Shown: in pieces, positions 1 to 5,866 of the stretch
Position numbering within the stretch: position 1 is the stretch's first letter
How the letters are laid out: each line of letters begins with the position of its first letter
IMG/VR virus record: IMGVR_UViG_3300011335_000415
Span: 1 to 26,081 of that record
Origin: a virus
Lineage: Duplodnaviria; Caudoviricetes
Direction: 5' to 3' (one strand)
DNA: 26,081 nucleotides
The notes under the pieces: generated by a model
Seen by the model: the letters and a program-made list of their open reading frames with translations, nothing else
Told to the model about the DNA's origin: nothing
Database searches by the model: none
Made by a program: the position numbers and the translations under genes

Positions 1-273
1 ACATATTTCATGATAAGGATGGGTAGGATCTTGCCTTATTTTCCAAAGTCCCATTCTTGTATAAAACTCAAACTCATGCTTTCTTAACCAATGATGCAAA
101 AAATAATCTATTGTTGGCACAAATCTATCTCTAATGCTTACAATCTTGCCAGATCCAGTAGCCACTTCTTTAGTACCACTCATGCAGTCATCACAATAAG
201 CATAAGCTAAATCCATTAGCTTCTCTTCATCTATCTTTCTAAAATCCCTAGTAACATGCTCTCTTATTTCCAT
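1..273 (-). CDS. Probable terminase small subunit (partial, runs off window)
   Basis: Hand-translated ORF not in the track: ATG at 273, MEIREHVTRDFRKIDEEKLMDLAYAYCDDCMSGTKEVATGSGKIVSIRDRFVPTIDYFLHHWL..., open to base 1. The start overlaps the end of the GT2 gene. Function is inferred from loose resemblance to DNA-packaging small subunits and from position. Confidence 0.5.
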   Translation of the reverse strand, partial: MEIREHVTRDFRKIDEEKLMDLAYAYCDDCMSGTKEVATGSGKIVSIRDRFVPTIDYFLHHWLRKHEFEFYTRMGLWKIRQDPTHPYHEIC

Positions 274-863
274 ATCTTTAAATTTTTTGATCCGTTTCTA
301 TATGCTATCACATCATTAACATGCATATCCCAGTACTTATTTACTAGCTCATTCTTATCCCAGCCATATTCATTACCAGTAGCATGTGAGCCAATATGCT
401 CAGCTTTACAATTCATTACATAGTATGTATAAAATCCAGCTAAGTTGGCACGCTCGCAGTAGTCCAGGTCTATTGGCCCATATGGGAACATCTGCTCATT
501 AAATAGGCCAATCTTATCTACCACCTTCATACTCAGTAGCCAATTAGATATAATATGCTCACTTTGTAAAGTCTGCCTATTATGGTCCAGACTGCTTGCT
601 ACTATACCAGCTTTAGGATATCTCTGCAAAGCCTCTACCTTTTTAGCTAGCCAATTATCTGGCTCTTTAATGTCATTTGCTAAATAAGCTATCGCATCAT
701 ATTTATCTGCACTAGCTACATCAATAGCATGATTTAAAGCATTAGCTATTCCTTCTTTATCTATGGCTAGTAACTCTGCATCATACCCAGCGCACTCAAG
801 ATTTGCTTGCAAGATATCTAATGGCCTATTACCATATACTAAGCATGCGATTAATACTTTCAT
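264..863 (-). CDS. Glycosyltransferase, GT-A fold (GT2-like)
   Basis: GT2-type elements: GIANALNHAI, 'YLANDI' at the DxD position, KIGLFNEQMFPYGPIDLDYCERA, and a C-terminal H-I-G. Confidence 0.8.
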   Translation of the reverse strand: MKVLIACLVYGNRPLDILQANLECAGYDAELLAIDKEGIANALNHAIDVASADKYDAIAYLANDIKEPDNWLAKKVEALQRYPKAGIVASSLDHNRQTLQSEHIISNWLLSMKVVDKIGLFNEQMFPYGPIDLDYCERANLAGFYTYYVMNCKAEHIGSHATGNEYGWDKNELVNKYWDMHVNDVIAYRNGSKNLKIWK

Positions 864-867
864 ATCT

Positions 868-900
868 GTATTTATTTGTATTTATTCGTATTTATTCGTA
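868..900. repeat. Tandem 10-bp repeat (GTATTTATTY x3.3)
   Basis: gtatttattt gtatttattc gtatttattc gta, immediately upstream of the GT2 start codon. Confidence 0.8.
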
Positions 901-903
901 ATG

Positions 904-986
904 TGAGCCGATTATTTTACTTATTCGGCTCAAAGTAAAGTAATACCTTTACTGTATACCATAAATAGTAAAGATTTACCTTTACT
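904..986. repeat. Cluster of intergenic inverted repeats
   Basis: tgagccga-N13-tcggctca at 904-932, then two copies of agtaaag-NNNtac-ctttact at 934-953 and 967-986. Confidence 0.75.
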
Positions 987-1470
987 TTATTACATTCTCG
1001 CCTAGCCATTTTGCTGGATTGCCAGCATATTTCTGAAAAGGCTTAGTAATTAATCCTTTAGTTACAACTGCACCCATACCGATCATACATCCTGGCGCTA
1101 TCTCTTGCTTTTGATGGATCACTGCATTTAGTCCTATGTTACATTTAGGATGCACTATAGTATGCCCTCCGATCTTAGCGCCACATGATATCACGCTATT
1201 AGGACCTATAAATGCATCATGGCCTATATGCGCATGCTTTAATATCCATACATCATTGCCTATTGTGGTAGGTGATGTAGTACCAGCATCTATACTTACA
1301 AAGCCAGTGATCACACAATTATCCTTTATAACTACTGATCCTGGATCTTCATTCCCCCAGTATGCCTTATGCTCTGCTCTATCACCTATGATGCAGTATG
1401 GCCCAATGTAGATATTATCACCTAATTTAACATTTGGGTAAATAATCGCAGTCGGATGTATATAATTCAT
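982..1470 (-). CDS. Hexapeptide-repeat (left-handed beta-helix) acyltransferase, LpxA/NeuD-like
   Basis: IHPTAII..NVKLGDNIYIGPYCIIG, HAHIGHDAFIG, IGMGAVVTK and YAGNPAK motifs. Confidence 0.9.
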   Translation of the reverse strand: MNYIHPTAIIYPNVKLGDNIYIGPYCIIGDRAEHKAYWGNEDPGSVVIKDNCVITGFVSIDAGTTSPTTIGNDVWILKHAHIGHDAFIGPNSVISCGAKIGGHTIVHPKCNIGLNAVIHQKQEIAPGCMIGMGAVVTKGLITKPFQKYAGNPAKWLGENVIK

Positions 1471-1709
1471 AGCGCAATATTATCTTTAAATGTCTTGTAT
1501 ACATTAACTAAGAATGTACCCACGCATGCACCACATCTATTATTGTAGGTGTAGATAGGATCTGCTACTCTGTATACTTCAAGTAGCTCATTTTGTATCT
1601 CATGTGTAAATCCTACCAGCTCACCAGTCTTGATAAATAGATCATAAAAATGCTTATGCTTTAATAAGGTCTGCATATGCTTCTCTTCTAAGTTTACTAA
1701 TATGCTCAT
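1467..1709 (-). CDS. Hypothetical phage protein with CxxC (CGAC) motif
   Basis: ORF coupled to neighbours; its stop overlaps the acyltransferase ATG. Start is uncertain (ATG at 1709 or 1676; the track extends to 1745). Confidence 0.65.
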   Translation of the reverse strand: MSILVNLEEKHMQTLLKHKHFYDLFIKTGELVGFTHEIQNELLEVYRVADPIYTYNNRCGACVGTFLVNVYKTFKDNIAL

Positions 1710-2682
1710 AGTTATACTTTGTTTTGGCCCATTCAAAAAGATCATTTCCCATCTTGATCCTTTCTTCTGGATTGTTTATTAAATAGGTTAAATGTTTATA
1801 CCAGTCTTTTTGATTCTCTACCCATAGCACTGGTGCATCTGCATCCACACTATATGGCTCTACCTTACTCACTATGCATGGCACTCTCTTGCTTGCTGCC
1901 TCTAATATTTTTAGATTACTCTTGCATGCATGCCAGTCACTTTCTTGCAATGGGATCAGCATAATGTCTGCCTCCTCAAAATGGCTCATGTATGCATTTG
2001 GCAAAGTAGATGCAAGCTTCTTATTTGGCAGTCTGCCACCATCTGTGAACATGCTCCATAGCTTATCCCAGTACTCCTTACTTATTGGATCACTATCTGT
2101 ATAGCCACCTAGCACCATCTCTATGTTATCAAAGTGATGCAAGCGCTTCACTGGTCCTCTAAGCAGCTTGATATCATCCATATGAGTAGATCCACCACCC
2201 CAGAAGATACGCACCTTATCACTAGGCTTTTTATCCTCTGTGTATTGATGCTGGCCTAATGGTATGCAATTTGGTAGTATTACTACTGAATTATGATATT
2301 TTCTTAACTTCTGAGCTAGCCTCTCATTAGTGCATGTGATCAGATCAGCATTCTCTATGTTCTTTAGCACTCGCTCTCTTTGAGGTGCATAGAATTTATG
2401 CAATGGGTGATTATATGGCAGATCCCAGTCATCATCCATATCCATCACTACTTTGTAATGCTTTTTAACTTCTGCCCAGTTCTCATCAAATGGTGAGAAT
2501 CTATTAAATAGGAATATATCAAAGTCTCTCTCTTTGAGTATCTCTTCAGTAGGTACATTACATACATGATTATATGAATCTGGTAAGAAGGCTAAAGGCA
2601 GCATTACCCTATGCCATCCACATCCACTTACTTTCTGGCTAATTCCTAGCACTTGTATTATTTCTTTATCTGCCCTGGCCAC
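1654..2682 (-). CDS. Glycosyltransferase, GT-B fold (GT4-like)
   Basis: SGCGWHRV, VVMDMDDDW, ADLITCTNERLA, ILPNCI, IFWGGGSTH, and KSNLKILEAA..VPCIVS..EPY motifs. Start placed at GTG 2682, overlapping the upstream small gene; the track's 2751 start lies deep inside that gene. Confidence 0.85.
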   Translation of the reverse strand: MARADKEIIQVLGISQKVSGCGWHRVMLPLAFLPDSYNHVCNVPTEEILKERDFDIFLFNRFSPFDENWAEVKKHYKVVMDMDDDWDLPYNHPLHKFYAPQRERVLKNIENADLITCTNERLAQKLRKYHNSVVILPNCIPLGQHQYTEDKKPSDKVRIFWGGGSTHMDDIKLLRGPVKRLHHFDNIEMVLGGYTDSDPISKEYWDKLWSMFTDGGRLPNKKLASTLPNAYMSHFEEADIMLIPLQESDWHACKSNLKILEAASKRVPCIVSKVEPYSVDADAPVLWVENQKDWYKHLTYLINNPEERIKMGNDLFEWAKTKYNYEHISKLRREAYADLIKA

Positions 2683-2791
2683 GATATGTCTTTGGTTTTG
2701 GTGTATGTTTATTGTAGCTCTTTTGAGCTGATCCTTTTTTGCGCTTGCCAAAGCTAACTTTTCTAGCGTCTGATCCTTTTGCTTTTGCCAT
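2666..2791 (-). CDS. Small basic phage protein ending in YRGQGR (41 aa)
   Basis: Hand-translated: MAKAKGSDARKVSFGKRKKGSAQKSYNKHTPKPKTYRGQGR*. I recognise the K-rich peptide ending in YRGQG as a recurrent type of small phage gene. Confidence 0.75.
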   Translation of the reverse strand: MAKAKGSDARKVSFGKRKKGSAQKSYNKHTPKPKTYRGQGR

Positions 2792-2824
2792 ATATTATTT
2801 ATTTAGCACAATCTATTGTGCAGT

Positions 2825-3064
2825 TTACTTAATTTTTTGCCCAATGAATCCAGCACCGAAGATGATCGCCACAAACTGGCTCACCTCAAATGGTAGAAAA
2901 TAAAACACTACAGACATCCACACACTAAGGCATGTCACACAATCAAAAGGTTTAAGCCTTTGCTCAAATGGAATGTGCCATACCTTTTTTATAATATAAA
3001 CTATTTTGGCCACATTCACAAAGTAATAAGCAAAAAAGAATCCAGCTAATGCTATTGTTATCAT
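2825..3064 (-). CDS. Small membrane protein with CxxC (KPFDCVTCLSVW), DUF1360-like
   Basis: Hydrophobic segments flank a CxxCxxxW motif. Its ATG is the last 3 nt of the final array junction. Confidence 0.7.
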   Translation of the reverse strand: MITIALAGFFFAYYFVNVAKIVYIIKKVWHIPFEQRLKPFDCVTCLSVWMSVVFYFLPFEVSQFVAIIFGAGFIGQKIK

Positions 3065-3085
3065 AGGTTATTTGTTTTGGTTTAG

Positions 3086-3156
3086 TAGTCAGGACAGGAT
3101 TTGAACCTGTATCTACCATATCAATATGGGGGCGTTACCAATTACGCAACCTGACT
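3086..3156 (-). tRNA. tRNA-like element or pseudo-tRNA with a non-canonical anticodon arm
   Basis: Acceptor stem AGTCAGG/CCTGACT, D-arm GCGT-AATTGGTA-ACGC, T-arm ACAGG-TTCAAAT-CCTGT. The anticodon arm CCAT-ATTGAT-ATGG has a 6-nt loop, so no isotype can be assigned. No encoded CCA. Confidence 0.7.
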
Positions 3157-3160
3157 ATTT

Positions 3161-3269
3161 TGCTCGTCTTTCCGAGCAGTCAAAGTATTGTTGTTACGAG
3201 TGTACTTCAACCTCGTGTTCACTTTCTTTTAAACATATCCGTTGTGAACAATGGCGTTGATATGTCTTT
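3161..3269 (-). ncRNA. Candidate structured RNA (pseudoknot plus two hairpins)
   Basis: Minus strand: GACATATC/GATATGTT stem whose loop TGTTCAC is complementary to downstream GTGAACA; ACGAG/CTCGT hairpin; TGCTCG-GAAAGA-CGAGCA hairpin. Confidence 0.4.
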
Positions 3270-3271
3270 GC

Positions 3272-3291
3272 AGTCAGGACAGGATTTGAAC
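3272..3291 (-). repeat. Exact 20-bp duplicate of the 3' end of the tRNA-like element
   Basis: agtcaggacaggatttgaac at 3272-3291 is identical to 3087-3106. Confidence 0.9.
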
Positions 3292-3336
3292 TTTAAGTTC
3301 TAATGCTTGTTCATAAGGGATAAATTCTTTGTTCAT
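3274..3336 (-). pseudogene. Truncated cassette gene fused to the tRNA-like 3' fragment
   Basis: MNKEFIPYEQALELK-VQILS*. It starts at a perfect junction ATG, and the last codons and stop come from the duplicated T-loop/acceptor sequence. Confidence 0.6.
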
Positions 3337-3339
3337 AGG

Positions 3340-3762
3340 TTATTTGTTTTGGTTATAGGTTTGGTTGGTTTTTTCTATTGTATAAGGTGCAAAACCATCA
3401 CCAATTGGATTTAATTTATCAATAAGATTTTTAGCTTTTTCAAAAGTCATATTTATACCATACTGTTTTACAATCATTCCATAACAATCAAATATTGAAT
3501 ATTTATCATCATTGACTTCTTTTGTACTATAAACATCTTTATAATATTCCTCCCCATTATCAAAATCCATTCCTGTTTCTTTTGAATAGAAATAAGCATA
3601 ATCGCCATCTTCCCACGCTTTAACTATCTGCTCTTTTTCTTTTTCAAGTAATCTTTCTGCTGAAGCCTTAAAAATAGTTAATCTTGCAAACTCTTGACTT
3701 GTATATTCATTCTTTAAATTATCATTAATTATTTCAATTAATTCTTGCATTGCTGTTTTCAT
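3340..3762 (-). CDS. Hypothetical cassette protein (MKTAMQELIE...EKEKEQI...NQTYNQNK)
   Basis: 140-aa ORF bounded by junction repeats at both ends. Confidence 0.8.
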   Translation of the reverse strand: MKTAMQELIEIINDNLKNEYTSQEFARLTIFKASAERLLEKEKEQIVKAWEDGDYAYFYSKETGMDFDNGEEYYKDVYSTKEVNDDKYSIFDCYGMIVKQYGINMTFEKAKNLIDKLNPIGDGFAPYTIEKTNQTYNQNK

Positions 3763-4069
3763 GGGTTATTTTTTTTTGATAATAAGATAAATTTTTAACC
3801 ATATTTTGTAAATCTTGTCTATTATATGTATAAATTTTTATTTTAATTGTTCTATTATTTTCAAGTATATTTTTTATTTGATTGTAGAAAAATGGCAAAT
3901 CTTTATTGCCTCTAAAATTATTACACTCATTACAAACCCATACTAAATTTTCATGATAATTGTTCCCGCCTTTAGATAATGGCACAATGTGTTCTTTTGT
4001 TTTATAATTTTTTTCATCAAACAGTCTTTCACAATAACAACACCTTGTACTATTAAAATTAATTGCCAT
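3734..4069 (-). CDS. HNH endonuclease
   Basis: CCYC..TKEHIVPLSKGG.N..ENLVWVCNECNNFRG is the HNH motif with zinc ligands. Start placed at ATG 4069, one base after the upstream stop. Confidence 0.88.
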   Translation of the reverse strand: MAINFNSTRCCYCERLFDEKNYKTKEHIVPLSKGGNNYHENLVWVCNECNNFRGNKDLPFFYNQIKNILENNRTIKIKIYTYNRQDLQNMVKNLSYYQKKITHENSNARIN

Positions 4070-4070
4070 A

Positions 4071-4238
4071 TTAATAATCAAATATAAACGCCACTATATC
4101 TTGTTTCTTCCTATTTCTTTTGTAGGCAGCCATGCATTTTTTGCACTGGGTACATCTTCCACTTGACGCTTTTCTATCTACGGCAAAATCTGTCTTAGGT
4201 TTCTTAACCTTGCATTTCGTACACACTTGTTCTTTCAT
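4071..4238 (-). CDS. Small zinc-finger protein (55 aa)
   Basis: Hand-translated: MKEQVCTKCKVKKPKTDFAVDRKASSGRCTQCKKCMAAYKRNRKKQDIVAFIFDY*. Contains CxxC...CxxC and starts at a perfect junction ATG. Confidence 0.75.
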   Translation of the reverse strand: MKEQVCTKCKVKKPKTDFAVDRKASSGRCTQCKKCMAAYKRNRKKQDIVAFIFDY

Positions 4239-4241
4239 AGG

Positions 4242-4490
4242 TTATTTGTTTTGGTTAAGTATTTGTTCTTTTATCCATGAAGCACCACTTATAAACCCTC
4301 TTTGTTCTTCATCATAATACTCTCCTTTAGATATATTTTTTATCTCCTCATCACTTGGTAGTTCTATATAATTGCTTTTTACTATTCTTATAATTTCATC
4401 CATTTCACTTTCTAATAGAATTAGATTATGTTCATCTATAAAATGGTTAAAAAGTTTTTGATGAAAAGAATCTTCTGTATATAGTTTCAT
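4242..4490 (-). CDS. Hypothetical cassette protein, paralogue A (MKLYTE...IELPSDEEI...QILNQNK)
   Basis: 82-aa ORF between junctions; shares three identical DNA blocks with 4765-5001. Confidence 0.8.
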   Translation of the reverse strand: MKLYTEDSFHQKLFNHFIDEHNLILLESEMDEIIRIVKSNYIELPSDEEIKNISKGEYYDEEQRGFISGASWIKEQILNQNK

Positions 4491-4506
4491 ATGTTATTTG
4501 TTTTGG

Positions 4507-4671
4507 TTAATGCCATTTTACTGCAATAGCTTTTTGTGTTAAAATAAAATACGCTGCTTTAATTCTACTCCATAACCCAACCCTATTTAAAGGCTTTGCC
4601 ATATACCATTTTTTATCAATTTATTTACAAGGAAATTCTAAAAGTTCGTGTCTTTCGTAAATTGCTTTCAT
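4507..4671 (-). pseudogene. Small cassette gene interrupted by an in-frame TAA
   Basis: MKAIYERHELLEFPCK*IDKKWYMAKPLNRVGLWSRIKAAYFILTQKAIAVKWH*. The internal stop is at 4621-4623; otherwise the frame fills the whole interval between two junctions. Confidence 0.6.
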
Positions 4672-4674
4672 AGG

Positions 4675-4761
4675 TTATTTGTTTTTAAATTTTTCAGTAA
4701 TTCTACCTAATAAATACCCCATAATAAAGCACCACATATAAATAATTTGTTCTTTACTCAT
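4675..4761 (-). CDS. 28-aa predicted single-pass membrane peptide
   Basis: MSKEQIIYMWCFIMGYLLGRITEKFKNK*; both start and stop are supplied by junction repeats. Confidence 0.6.
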   Translation of the reverse strand: MSKEQIIYMWCFIMGYLLGRITEKFKNK

Positions 4762-4764
4762 ATT

Positions 4765-5001
4765 TTATTTGTTTTGGTTAAGTATTTGTTTTTTTACCCA
4801 TTTAGCACCATAAATTGCAGAACCACTATCTCCACCATATCCCCATTTAAAATACTTTTCTATCTCCTCATCACTTGGTAGTTCTATTGGTGTTTCTTGA
4901 GATAATAAATATTCATTAGTGAACATATATGTATCATCTTGTTTCTGCAACCTTGCTCTGCTAAGCATTATATCTACTTGTTCTTCTGTATATAGTTTCA
5001 T
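4765..5001 (-). CDS. Hypothetical cassette protein, paralogue B (MKLYTE...IELPSDEEI...QILNQNK)
   Basis: 78-aa ORF; its ATGA overlaps the sigma-like gene stop. Confidence 0.8.
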   Translation of the reverse strand: MKLYTEEQVDIMLSRARLQKQDDTYMFTNEYLLSQETPIELPSDEEIEKYFKWGYGGDSGSAIYGAKWVKKQILNQNK

Positions 5002-5540
5002 ATGTTATTTTTAGTGATACATAATGTTTTTAATTCTGCCCTGGTCTTACGAATAATATCTTTTACATGCTTCTCTGGTATATTATAAAACTCAGCCACT
5101 TTCTTGCACGATCTTACCTCCACATACTTAGTAAATAATATAGCCTCATGTGCATGCATCTCATCCTCTGCATGCTTATCATATAATCTTTGAGATGCTA
5201 TACTAGCAAATTTAGGATTTAATTCTGGTAATTTAGTCTGGCATCTTAAATATTCTATAGCCTTATCATAATCAGACTGCCTAAATTTTTTATAGAATCT
5301 ACTGGTAGAACTAAAGGCCATGTTAGTAATAATCTTTATAGAGAATCCTATAAGGCCATTAGAGTCAAAAATAGACTTGATTTTGTCACAATCATAAGAA
5401 AGTAAGGTCAAAGCCATTTCTTGCCTTAAATCATCTTGTAAATCTATAGGATGCACAGACTTGATCAGTCGGCATATCTCTGGATGTTTATAGATATACT
5501 CTATAATCTCATTACATGTACTCGGTTTGCTTTTTTCCAT
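4998..5540 (-). CDS. Sigma-70/ECF-like transcription factor
   Basis: Region-2-like DDLRQEMALTLL segment and C-terminal region-4 HTH SCKKVAEFYNIPEKHVKDIIRKTRAELK; size is typical of ECF sigma factors. Confidence 0.65.
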   Translation of the reverse strand: MEKSKPSTCNEIIEYIYKHPEICRLIKSVHPIDLQDDLRQEMALTLLSYDCDKIKSIFDSNGLIGFSIKIITNMAFSSTSRFYKKFRQSDYDKAIEYLRCQTKLPELNPKFASIASQRLYDKHAEDEMHAHEAILFTKYVEVRSCKKVAEFYNIPEKHVKDIIRKTRAELKTLCITKNNI

Positions 5541-5776
5541 TTTTTCCTATTTTGCTCATAATCAATTAGTTAATATATTTTCTGTACTTCTGTACTCGGT
5601 TTAGGCCTATAAAAATGAAAATGAAATTTGATTTTATCTTTTCTTTATGAAATATAAGAAATATTCTACTTTTTTTAGTAAACCGAGTACACGAGTACAT
5701 GATTTACTGATTTTCAATTAGTTATAGTGTACTCGGTTTGTTTTTAAACCGAGTACAACCGAGTACACCGAGTACA
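5517..5776. repeat. Iteron-like repeat cluster, putative replication origin
   Basis: Eight copies of the core CGAGTACA: reverse at 5517, 5591, 5728; forward at 5684, 5692, 5750, 5760, 5769. Five extend to AAACCGAGTACA. They flank an AT-rich stretch directly downstream of the primase-helicase. Confidence 0.75.
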
Positions 5777-5866
5777 TTATTTTAAAGTTACAACAAATTT
5801 AGTACCTTTCCATACAAATATACCACCTTTTGGATTAGCTTGTAGCCATTTCTCAAAAGCTACCAT
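5777..5866 (-). CDS. Possible 29-aa protein
   Basis: MVAFEKWLQANPKGGIFVWKGTKFVVTLK*; the start overlaps the primase stop and the ORF ends at the last iteron. Confidence 0.45.
   Translation of the reverse strand: MVAFEKWLQANPKGGIFVWKGTKFVVTLK

Larger units (their letters stand above)
3062..5019 (-). repeat. Dispersed 21-bp junction repeat AACCAAAACAAATAACCTATG separating mini-gene cassettes
   Basis: Plus-strand form is CATAGGTTATTTGTTTTGGTT. Exact copies at 3062-3082, 3334-3354 and 4236-4256; 20/21 at 4488-4508; 19/21 at 4759-4779; 17/21 at 4669-4689 and 3760-3780; 15/21 at 4999-5019. Every copy ends in the ATG of the next ORF. Confidence 0.9.

Noticed and set aside
3272-3291. attL/attR pair from integration into a tRNA
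   Set aside because: The 3' fragment lies upstream of the full copy, only ~165 bp separate the two copies, and no integrase is visible.
4621-4623. Stop-codon reassignment or suppressor tRNA
   Set aside because: TAA, TAG and TGA all terminate normal genes here, long genes are uninterrupted under the standard code, and the tRNA-like element has no clear TTA anticodon.
3062-5019. CRISPR array
   Set aside because: Intervals between repeats are ~90-480 bp, irregular and mostly protein-coding; the repeat is not palindromic and there is no cas operon.
3062-5019. Classical integron or diversity-generating retroelement
   Set aside because: No tyrosine integrase, no attC-like imperfect palindromes and no reverse transcriptase in the window; the paralogue differences are not adenine-specific substitutions.
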